DNA of 64,000 bases. It comes from Candidatus Sericytochromatia bacterium (GTDB lineage: Bacteria; Cyanobacteriota; Sericytochromatia; UBA7694). The translations under genes and the position numbers were made by a program. The stretch is from NCBI GenBank assembly GCA_018780035.1, contig JADMKE010000021.1, positions 27,844-91,843 on the forward strand. The letters run 5' to 3'. Shown piece after piece: positions 57,066 to 64,000 of the stretch (within the stretch, counting starts at the first letter, position 1; each line of letters starts with the position of its first letter). A model generated the notes under the pieces. That model did not search any database. It was not told where the DNA came from and saw only the letters and a list, made by a program, of their open reading frames with translations.

Positions 57066-59141
57066 ATGAAACTTAAGCAGACAGCAATGTTCGCACTTGC
57101 TGCCACATTTACCGTTTCCGGTCTCACTGTTTTCACCGCTCCGGCCAAAGCCGAAGTGACTTTTGAAAGCATGTTGATGGAAAACGGCGGCGACCTCGAC
57201 AGAACACATTGGGCGTCTAACGCCATCCAAGAACTCGTTGACAAATACAAAGTCATGAGTGGCTTCCCCGACAAAAAATTCCGCGGTTCCAAAACCCTGT
57301 CCCGCTATGAAATGGCTGCAGCTCTGTACCAGGTCATGAAATACGTGGACAGCAGCGTTGCTAACGTTCCCGTACAAAAAATTGACACGAGCAAATTTGC
57401 AACCAAAGAAGACCTGAAACAGATCGCCGCTTTGCAGATGGAGTTCAAAAAAGAACTCGATATGCTCAAAGAAGGCCACATGGAACTGGCCAAGCGTGTT
57501 GACATGCTTGAGCGCGTCCGTGTCCACGGCAAAGTTGAAGTGCGTTACCGCGATCGCGTCTCCGTCACCGATGGTACCGATAAAGCTTCTCCCCTCTTCG
57601 GCGCTGGCAACCAGAACGCAACCAAAGTCGTGGGCGCAGCTCCCGACCTGACCGTTTCTGATCGCCCTGCAACCGATGACAAAACAACCTATACCAACAA
57701 CAATGGCCAAACTTCTCGCGCTGCTGGTCTGCCCAAGACCTTCAACAGCCCTGCAAGTGCCAATGTCACCATTGATGACCTCGTGCCCTTCCGCGTTCGC
57801 AGCAACCTCAGCGTTTCTGCCATGCTGACCGATGGCCTGATGGCTCACACCAGCTTCGACATGTTCGAACTCGGCTCTGCCGGTGGTGTTGCTGTCGGCA
57901 ACGGTGGCCATGACGTCAACGAAGGTGGCGCTGGTGGCGGTGGTTTTGTGTTCCGCAAAGCCTACCTCGCAGCGGGTGGACTTGACGACAAAGACATGGG
58001 TGCCGCATTCAAAGTCGGTCTGATGAACTTCAGCAAAGACTTCAACCCCAACTCTGGCCTGATGAACCACTTCGGCAACAACAATTGGACTGGCCGTGGT
58101 TACGGTCTCGTTGGCTGGGGCGCAGCTGATATTGCTCTGAGCAATGCCAACAGCACCAATCCTTATGTCAACAGCGTGTCCCGTTATTGGGCCGGTGGTC
58201 TGAATTCCTCTATGGTCGACCCCGACAGCCACAACTACAACCAAGCCACTTCTCCCTCCGCCTCTTTTGGCGCTGGCTGGGGCTGGGGCAAGTTCTTCGT
58301 GGGTGCCAACTACGGTTCCGTTCAGACTGATCGTTCCGCAGCTGCTGCAGGCAACCTGAGCAGCGGTGCCGCTGTCAATGGTGCAGACGCCAACTTCAAA
58401 GTTGAGAATGCTGATTCTGCCCTGTTCGCAGGTGCAGTTCTGCAGGGTCTGGATCGCAAAACAGGCACCAACGGCAAACGTCTGGTCGCCAACAACCTGG
58501 CTCTGCCTTCCCAGTATGGTGATGGCTACATGGTTGCAGGTCTCGACCTGAGCTTTTTCAAAGAAGCTTTCCCCGTTCGCCTGAACCTGTCTGCCATGAG
58601 CTACCTGAACGACAATATGCTGGACTTCTCCAAAGCCAGCCGTAAAGAAGTTTCAGGCGTTCTGGATTTGGGCTGGAGCAAAAACTTCGGTCTGACCGTC
58701 GGCGTGAACAAATCCTTCATCGGCTATGATCGTCACTCCATCGGCTTGCTCTTCAACGACCTCGGCGGCAGCGGCTTCGACATCCAATTGGGTGCCAACC
58801 TTGCTACTCGTGGTCTGTTCAACGTAGGTGACCTGGCTTCCGGCAACGCCGGTCTGGCCATTGGTGTCCCCTTCCTGAACATGGGCAAAGGCAAAGACAA
58901 TATCAAATTGGTTCTGGCCGCCCGTCAGTCTCTGGGTGACAGCTTTGGTGGTTCCACCGATGCTGGCGCTCCCAACCAGATGTTCAAAGATTCAGGTTTA
59001 ACTGTTTCTCTGCCCTACATGAACGTAGCCGGCAGCCCCCTGAACATCCGTGCTGAATACAGCATGCTCTTGGCTGATGCTCTGTGGCAGTTCCGCCCCG
59101 TGGCACATGACGTTTCTGTCGTGACCAGCTACATGTTCTAA
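57066..59141 (+). CDS. SLH-domain outer-membrane porin (N-terminal SLH, coiled coil, C-terminal beta-barrel; OmpM/Slp/SomA-like)
   Basis: Signal peptide. SLH motif ...FPDKKFRGSKTLSRYEMAAALYQV. Coiled coil. Gly/Asn/Ser-rich alternating beta-strand region ending ...SYMF (C-terminal Phe). GGAGGA RBS. Confidence 0.8.
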   Translation: MKLKQTAMFALAATFTVSGLTVFTAPAKAEVTFESMLMENGGDLDRTHWASNAIQELVDKYKVMSGFPDKKFRGSKTLSRYEMAAALYQVMKYVDSSVANVPVQKIDTSKFATKEDLKQIAALQMEFKKELDMLKEGHMELAKRVDMLERVRVHGKVEVRYRDRVSVTDGTDKASPLFGAGNQNATKVVGAAPDLTVSDRPATDDKTTYTNNNGQTSRAAGLPKTFNSPASANVTIDDLVPFRVRSNLSVSAMLTDGLMAHTSFDMFELGSAGGVAVGNGGHDVNEGGAGGGGFVFRKAYLAAGGLDDKDMGAAFKVGLMNFSKDFNPNSGLMNHFGNNNWTGRGYGLVGWGAADIALSNANSTNPYVNSVSRYWAGGLNSSMVDPDSHNYNQATSPSASFGAGWGWGKFFVGANYGSVQTDRSAAAAGNLSSGAAVNGADANFKVENADSALFAGAVLQGLDRKTGTNGKRLVANNLALPSQYGDGYMVAGLDLSFFKEAFPVRLNLSAMSYLNDNMLDFSKASRKEVSGVLDLGWSKNFGLTVGVNKSFIGYDRHSIGLLFNDLGGSGFDIQLGANLATRGLFNVGDLASGNAGLAIGVPFLNMGKGKDNIKLVLAARQSLGDSFGGSTDAGAPNQMFKDSGLTVSLPYMNVAGSPLNIRAEYSMLLADALWQFRPVAHDVSVVTSYMF

Positions 59142-59163
59142 ATTTGTCTCACTGAGACACCTG

Positions 59164-59195
59164 AGCCCTCGGCGCAAGCCGGGGGCTTTTGTTTT
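59164..59195 (+). terminator. Rho-independent terminator with GNRA (gcaa) loop after the porin gene
   Basis: AGCCCTCGGCgcaaGCCGGGGGCTtttgtttt. Confidence 0.6.
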
Positions 59196-59291
59196 GAAGG
59201 GCCTTCAGAGAAATTGATCCCGGTCATGCCCGCTCCTGCAAAAATGCGTTACCATGGGTGCAAACTTCAGGAAAAATCGGAGTCACAATCC

Positions 59292-60566
59292 ATGAAACAT
59301 GCTATTTCTGCTGACGATGCAGTCTCGGTCATCAAAACTGGGGACCGGGTCTATATCCAGGGCGTAGCAGCCACGCCCCACAGCCTGATCAACGCCATGG
59401 TGCGCCGGGCTGACGAATTGCGCAATGTGGAGATCGTCCACCTGCACACAGAGGGGGAGGCCCCTTATACCGCCCCCCAATACGCCGAAAGTTTTTTTAC
59501 CAATGCCCTGTTTGTGGGCCCCAATGCCCGCCAAGCGATTGAAGAAGGCCGGGGTGACTACGTGCCTGTTTTTTTGAGTGAAGTGCCGGGATTGTTTACC
59601 AAAGGAATTTTGCCCCTGGATGTCGCTCTGATTCACGTCTCTCCGCCAGATCAACACGGCATCTGCTCACTGGGCACCTCTGTCGACTGCACTTGGGCCG
59701 CCGTACATGCAGCCCGCCATGTGATCGCCCAGGTCAACCCCCATATGCCGAGGACCCATGGCGATGGCTTTATTCACGTGAGCAAAATCGATGCCTTGGT
59801 CAAAGTGGATGATCCCTTGCCCGAAACGCCCCACCATGATCTCAGTGAGATTGAAAAACGCATTGGCCACCACTGCGCCAATTTAATTGAAGACGGCTCA
59901 ACCCTGCAAATGGGCATTGGGGCCATTCCTGATGCGGTTTTAGCGGCGTTACACAACCACCACCGACTCGGGGTACACACCGAAATGTTTTCCGATGGCC
60001 TGATTGATCTGGTCGAAAAAGGGGTGATCACAGGCGAATGCAAAAAAGTGCATCCCGATAAAATAGTCACCGGCTTTGTAATGGGTACGCGCCGCCTCTA
60101 TGATTTTGTCGACGACAATCCGATGGTTGTGTTTGTGGATATTGGTTATGTCAATCGCACGGATGTAATTCGCCGTAATCCCAAAGTGGTGGCCATTAAT
60201 AGCGCCATTGAAGTCGATTTGACTGGGCAGGTCTGTGCTGATTCGATTGGCTATAAACAGTATTCAGGTGTAGGTGGCCAAATGGACTTTATTCGAGGCG
60301 CTTCGCTCTCAGAAGGGGGCAAACCGATCATTGCTCTGCCAGCCAGTACCAGCAAAGGTTTGTCCCGGATTGTGCCCTGCCTCAAAGAAGGGGCTGGAGT
60401 CGTCACCACCCGCGCCCACGTACATTATGTGGCCACGGAATATGGCGTGGCCGATCTCTACGGCAAAAACCTGCGCCAACGCGCCAAAGCCCTGATCGAA
60501 ATTGCCGATCCCAGCCAACGTGAGCATTTAGAAAAAGCCGCTTTTGAGCGCTTTAAACAGCGTTAG
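59292..60566 (+). CDS. acetyl-CoA hydrolase/CoA-transferase family protein (4-hydroxybutyrate/succinyl-CoA:acetate CoA-transferase-like)
   Basis: GGAG RBS 9 nt before the ATG at 59292. The conserved family core includes ...GIGAIPDAVLAAL... and GGQMDFIRGA. Confidence 0.8.
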   Translation: MKHAISADDAVSVIKTGDRVYIQGVAATPHSLINAMVRRADELRNVEIVHLHTEGEAPYTAPQYAESFFTNALFVGPNARQAIEEGRGDYVPVFLSEVPGLFTKGILPLDVALIHVSPPDQHGICSLGTSVDCTWAAVHAARHVIAQVNPHMPRTHGDGFIHVSKIDALVKVDDPLPETPHHDLSEIEKRIGHHCANLIEDGSTLQMGIGAIPDAVLAALHNHHRLGVHTEMFSDGLIDLVEKGVITGECKKVHPDKIVTGFVMGTRRLYDFVDDNPMVVFVDIGYVNRTDVIRRNPKVVAINSAIEVDLTGQVCADSIGYKQYSGVGGQMDFIRGASLSEGGKPIIALPASTSKGLSRIVPCLKEGAGVVTTRAHVHYVATEYGVADLYGKNLRQRAKALIEIADPSQREHLEKAAFERFKQR

Positions 60567-60655
60567 ATTCACGCGCTGCGTCATTTTCCGCCGTCTGGTT
60601 CTTGAACCAGACGGGTGGTATGATGTGATGAGAGATTTTGGGAGGAGCCTGCTGC

Positions 60656-62305
60656 ATGAGTCCCATGACGATCAATACCAACTCACCAATTTTCCAGATG
60701 CAGGAAAACGAAGAGGCCATTATTGCGGAAGTGGTTGAGCGCTCTCTGGAAAAGGTGCTGGCCGATTTCAGTGCTGAGTTTATGCTCAACGACGCCGCTT
60801 ATAAAGAGCTGATGCGCTTGCACAAAAAGCACCCCAAAGTGCCCCATTGGCAGAATATTTACCGCTCGCTCAATCGCACAGGCCCCCAGGAGCATCGCAA
60901 ATTGCTGGAAGACCTGGCCGAAGAACATGCCCGCGACATTATTGGGCATTTTAATCCCAAGGTCTATGGTTTTGCCACCAGTATGGTGCCTGCGGTAATG
61001 TCACTGTTTTTTGATCCTCAGTTTAGTTGGCGCAAGCGCAATAGCTTTCAAGAGCGGGTCATGATCGAAGGCCATGTCGAATCAGCGCGAAAATTGTCAG
61101 AAAAAGGCACGGTCATCCTTGTGCCCACCCACAGCAGCAATATGGACTCAATCGCGGTGGGCTGGTCTGCGTTTAAATCGGGCCTGCCCCCTGTGACCTA
61201 CGGTGCCGGAAAAAACCTGTTTACCAACCGCATCTTGAGCTTTTTTATGCACAATCTGGGCGCCTACCGCCTCGATCGCCGCCTCAAACACGAACTCTAC
61301 AAAACGGTGCTGAAAACCTACTCGCTGGTGATCTTGGAGCGTGGCTTTCACAGCCTCTTCTTTCCGGGGGGAACCCGCAGCCGGGCAGGTGAAATAGAAC
61401 AAAAACTCAAATTGGGTCTGATGGGCACAGGCTTGGAAGCGTACATCAACAATCTACGCAAAGGCAAAGACAAACCCAATATTTATTTGGTGCCCTGCAC
61501 GATTAATTATTATTTGGTCTTGGAAGCCGAAACCCTGATCGATGACTTTCTCAAAGAACAGGGCAAATCGCGGTATATCATCGAAGACGATGAATCCTCC
61601 AAATTTATTAAGACCTTTAGCTACCTCAAAAAAACCCTCGATCTTGATGCCAGTCTGTTTATCCGCTATTGCCCGCCTTTGGACATCTTCGGCAATCGCG
61701 TTGATGACGAAGGCCAATCCTATGATGAACAGGGCCGGACGATTGACCCCACCAGCTATGTGCGCAATTGGGCCGGTGAAATCAGCATGGACGAAAACCG
61801 TGACCATGAATACACCCGCGAAGCAGGCCGAAGGGTAGCGGAAAGCTATCTCAAAAACAATGTCATTCTCTCGACCCAGCTCTTTGCCTATGTGATGTTC
61901 CGTTATTTGGTGCATATTAATCCCCGCCTCGATCTCTACCAATTGATCCGGATTGGTGCGCGTGAGGCCCGAATTCAGCGCACAGAGCTGATTCAAATTG
62001 TTGATCGCTTTAAGAAGCTTCTTTCTGAGCAGGAGAAAAACGGGGTTTTGCGCTTGGCCACAACCCTCAAAACCAAACCCGCTGAACAGATCGTCAATGA
62101 AGCCATTCGCTATTTACAGATGTTCTATTCCAAAGAGGTGGTCCTTGATGGGGGGCATCAGATCCACGTTCAAGACATGCGCCTGCTCTTTTATTACCAC
62201 AATCGCCTCAAGGGCTATGGTTTTGAACATGTCTTTACGCGGCAAATTCTGGAGCCTGTCATGGGCTCACGCACCCCCACAGGTGAGCTTTCTCGCATCG
62301 GTTAG
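60656..62305 (+). CDS. PlsB-like glycerol-3-phosphate/lysophospholipid acyltransferase family protein
   Basis: GGGAGGAG RBS. HSSNMD is the HX4D acyltransferase motif. FFPGGTRSR is the FPEGTRS-like block III. Confidence 0.6.
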   Translation: MSPMTINTNSPIFQMQENEEAIIAEVVERSLEKVLADFSAEFMLNDAAYKELMRLHKKHPKVPHWQNIYRSLNRTGPQEHRKLLEDLAEEHARDIIGHFNPKVYGFATSMVPAVMSLFFDPQFSWRKRNSFQERVMIEGHVESARKLSEKGTVILVPTHSSNMDSIAVGWSAFKSGLPPVTYGAGKNLFTNRILSFFMHNLGAYRLDRRLKHELYKTVLKTYSLVILERGFHSLFFPGGTRSRAGEIEQKLKLGLMGTGLEAYINNLRKGKDKPNIYLVPCTINYYLVLEAETLIDDFLKEQGKSRYIIEDDESSKFIKTFSYLKKTLDLDASLFIRYCPPLDIFGNRVDDEGQSYDEQGRTIDPTSYVRNWAGEISMDENRDHEYTREAGRRVAESYLKNNVILSTQLFAYVMFRYLVHINPRLDLYQLIRIGAREARIQRTELIQIVDRFKKLLSEQEKNGVLRLATTLKTKPAEQIVNEAIRYLQMFYSKEVVLDGGHQIHVQDMRLLFYYHNRLKGYGFEHVFTRQILEPVMGSRTPTGELSRIG

Positions 62306-62315
62306 CCCGGAAGGG

Positions 62316-63287
62316 TTACATCATGCCCTTTTGTTTGAGAATCACCCGCATCCGCCGTTTATAATCATGTACGGCGGGTTCAGCACTGTTCTCCTCGGCA
62401 AAATTATTAAATGCGACCACAGCAGAATAGACATTGGCTTCCCCATCGGCTTTTTCGACCTCTTCAAACAGGCGTTTTAACTCTTTTTTGGGGTCGGGGG
62501 GGCGAACGCGCTCACGCAAAGCCTCTAATTCTTGGCGCTGTTGGGGGTTGGCTATTTCTTTGAGGTAATTGGCACAGATTGAGACATGGTCCAAGGCTTT
62601 ATAGCGCATATCAAAAAAGCGATTTTGCTCCAAATAGGCCACATGTTCTTCCAGCAGCCCAATCGCCCGGGCATCCCCAGCCGTCTTGGCGGCAGAATAG
62701 TCGACTTTTTTAAAATACTCCGCGTAAATTTGATAGGCTTTTTGCAGCTTGTGGCGCTCAACCTCATTATAATCTGCGGGTTTATTCCGGGCCTCAATCG
62801 CTTTAAGCACCTTCATTAAGGCCTGAATCAACTCTTGCTCCTGCTGCAAATCCGCTAATTTGGCGTCGCGCTGCACCTTCATCTCTTCACCGGGATTGTT
62901 ATACGCCATATAAATCGAAGAGTGAATGCTGTTAAAGGTGATATTGACAATAAAATATTCGCCCTTACGCAGGGCTTCTTGGATGGTTTGTTGATTGCGT
63001 TTGATTTCGGTTTCTATCAATTGGGTCGTCATTTGATCCAAAGAACGCTGCATGACCTCAAAGCGATGAAATTGCTGGGGCGTCATCATGGCGTGGTAAA
63101 GGCTAAAAAACGACTCCCCTTCGCCCGTGGCCTCAGAGAGGCGACGGGTGATTTCACCCAAGTTAATTTCTGAACGCATATATTGGTCGCAATAATACCC
63201 AAACTCTACGCATTTATGTGAGAAACTGTCTAAAAATTCCTCAACATAATTTGGATTAAAGCTATCAGCGCTAAATTCAGCCGTCAT
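62316..63287 (-). CDS. hypothetical protein
   Basis: 323-aa ORF. Helical, with no recognised motif. Confidence 0.45.
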   Translation of the reverse strand: MTAEFSADSFNPNYVEEFLDSFSHKCVEFGYYCDQYMRSEINLGEITRRLSEATGEGESFFSLYHAMMTPQQFHRFEVMQRSLDQMTTQLIETEIKRNQQTIQEALRKGEYFIVNITFNSIHSSIYMAYNNPGEEMKVQRDAKLADLQQEQELIQALMKVLKAIEARNKPADYNEVERHKLQKAYQIYAEYFKKVDYSAAKTAGDARAIGLLEEHVAYLEQNRFFDMRYKALDHVSICANYLKEIANPQQRQELEALRERVRPPDPKKELKRLFEEVEKADGEANVYSAVVAFNNFAEENSAEPAVHDYKRRMRVILKQKGMM

Positions 63288-63386
63288 CTTACTATATATA
63301 ATCTCATTAATTTTATGCTCGATTTTCAGACTGGCATTCAGTCTGAATTACACCTTATCCCTCTATCTTATCAACAAGCTTGTATA

Positions 63387-64000
63387 ATGAAAAACATGGA
63401 CAACATACATTTTATCGGAGTGGCCGGTGGATCCGGCTCAGGAAAGTCAACCGTCGCCCGCAATGTGCTCGAAGCCGTGGGCGCAGAAGACGTCACATAT
63501 ATCCAGCAAGACTCATATTATAAAGATCTAAGTCATTTGCCTGCTGATGTACGGATGAAGCTCAATTTTGATCATCCAGACGCATTTGATAACACTCTTT
63601 TCTTTGAGCATCTCCAGGCTATCAAAAACAACTTACCCGCCGAAAAACCCCTTTACGATTTTAAAACATTTGCTCGAATTGGCTTCGAAAAAATTGAGCC
63701 GCGTAAGGTGATTCTGGTCGAAGGTATCCTCGTACTCGGCTATCAAGAAATCCGCGATATGCTCGGCATTAAAATTTTTGTCGATACCGATTCCGATTTG
63801 CGTATCATTCGCCGGATTCGCCGCGATGTACTGGAACGTGGCCGCTCGTTGGAATATGTTTTAAGCCAATATCTTGAAACCGTCAGGCCCATGCATCAAC
63901 AATTCATCGAACCCACCAAACGCTTCGCAGATATCATTATTCCCGAAGGTGGCAATAATTTGGTGGCCATGGATATGCTGATTACAAAAATTCAGGCCCT
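63387..64000 (+). CDS. udk: uridine kinase (3' end beyond window)
   Basis: FIGVAGGSGSGKSTVA P-loop, and DSYYKDL, IFVDTDSDLRIIRRIRRD. Not in the ORF table because no stop lies in the window. Confidence 0.85.
   Translation, partial: MKNMDNIHFIGVAGGSGSGKSTVARNVLEAVGAEDVTYIQQDSYYKDLSHLPADVRMKLNFDHPDAFDNTLFFEHLQAIKNNLPAEKPLYDFKTFARIGFEKIEPRKVILVEGILVLGYQEIRDMLGIKIFVDTDSDLRIIRRIRRDVLERGRSLEYVLSQYLETVRPMHQQFIEPTKRFADIIIPEGGNNLVAMDMLITKIQA

Noticed and set aside
57541-57555. HIP1 palindrome GCGATCGC as evidence of cyanobacterial origin
   Set aside because: Only one or two exact occurrences in 64 kb, versus the roughly one per kb expected in HIP1-rich cyanobacteria. Taxonomy left open.
57039-58244. 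401-aa ORF on the minus strand opposite the porin gene
   Set aside because: Antisense to a gene with unambiguous SLH/beta-barrel features. Its His/Ala/Val-rich translation is low complexity, typical of shadow ORFs in codon-biased Gly/Asn-rich genes.
1-64000. tRNA/rRNA/tmRNA genes
   Set aside because: I scanned all intergenic regions larger than 60 bp (9897..10166, 17487..17591, 26377..26610, 47095..47224, 50144..50288, 54138..54307, 56549..57065). I saw no T-loop GTTCRANYC-type motif and no cloverleaf-compatible inverted repeats, and found no rRNA-like conserved blocks.
1-64000. Mobile elements / prophage / genomic island
   Set aside because: No transposase, integrase, recombinase or phage structural genes. 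No flanking direct repeats. GC content looks uniform apart from short AT-rich promoter regions.

Overview
This 64 kb window looks like a chromosomal segment from a Gram-negative (diderm) bacterium, about 50-53% GC and gene-dense on both strands. I found no rRNA, tRNA, CRISPR array, transposase or integrase. An SLH-domain outer-membrane porin (57066..59141) points to a lineage that tethers its outer membrane through SLH domains, such as the Cyanobacteria/Melainabacteria-like clade, Negativicutes or Deinococcus-Thermus. Only one or two GCGATCGC (HIP1) palindromes are present, so it is not a typical cyanobacterium. All calls come from reading the translated ORFs for motifs and from nucleotide patterns; no homology search was run.

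Housekeeping genes:
- obg C-terminus (partial, window edge), ssb, mutS, trmB, gpsA, hpt, uridine kinase (partial, window edge).
- a tightly linked glmU-pth-ctpA-dtd-ctpB operon.
- a fused GDP-mannose pyrophosphorylase/phosphomannomutase.

More unusual content:
1. A large protein (47225..50143) carrying an anthrax-lethal-factor-like HExxH...EDFAESY zinc-peptidase motif, with no signal peptide. It sits next to a 171-aa low-complexity protein ending in a Cys-rich tail, which is translationally coupled to a radical-SAM/SPASM enzyme. This is a candidate RiPP-like maturation or effector locus and is my top candidate for an undescribed system.
2. A minus-strand signalling operon: CHASE2-adenylate/guanylate cyclase, then a Ser/Thr kinase with an unknown ~480-aa C-terminal domain, then a Nudix plus metallo-beta-lactamase-fold hydrolase.
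3. An orphan TadB/TadC pair co-transcribed with the GDP-mannose enzyme and a Kef-type antiporter that has a PTS EIIA domain.
4. A CheB-CheR-PAS megaprotein coupled to a hybrid histidine kinase.
5. Several proteins with low-complexity repeat regions: a Gly/Tyr-rich tail on an NHL-repeat lipoprotein, and a Q/N/Y-rich protein with a 57-nt tandem duplication.
6. A near-consensus sigma70 promoter plus intrinsic terminator in the 500-bp leader upstream of the porin gene (candidate sRNA or attenuator).
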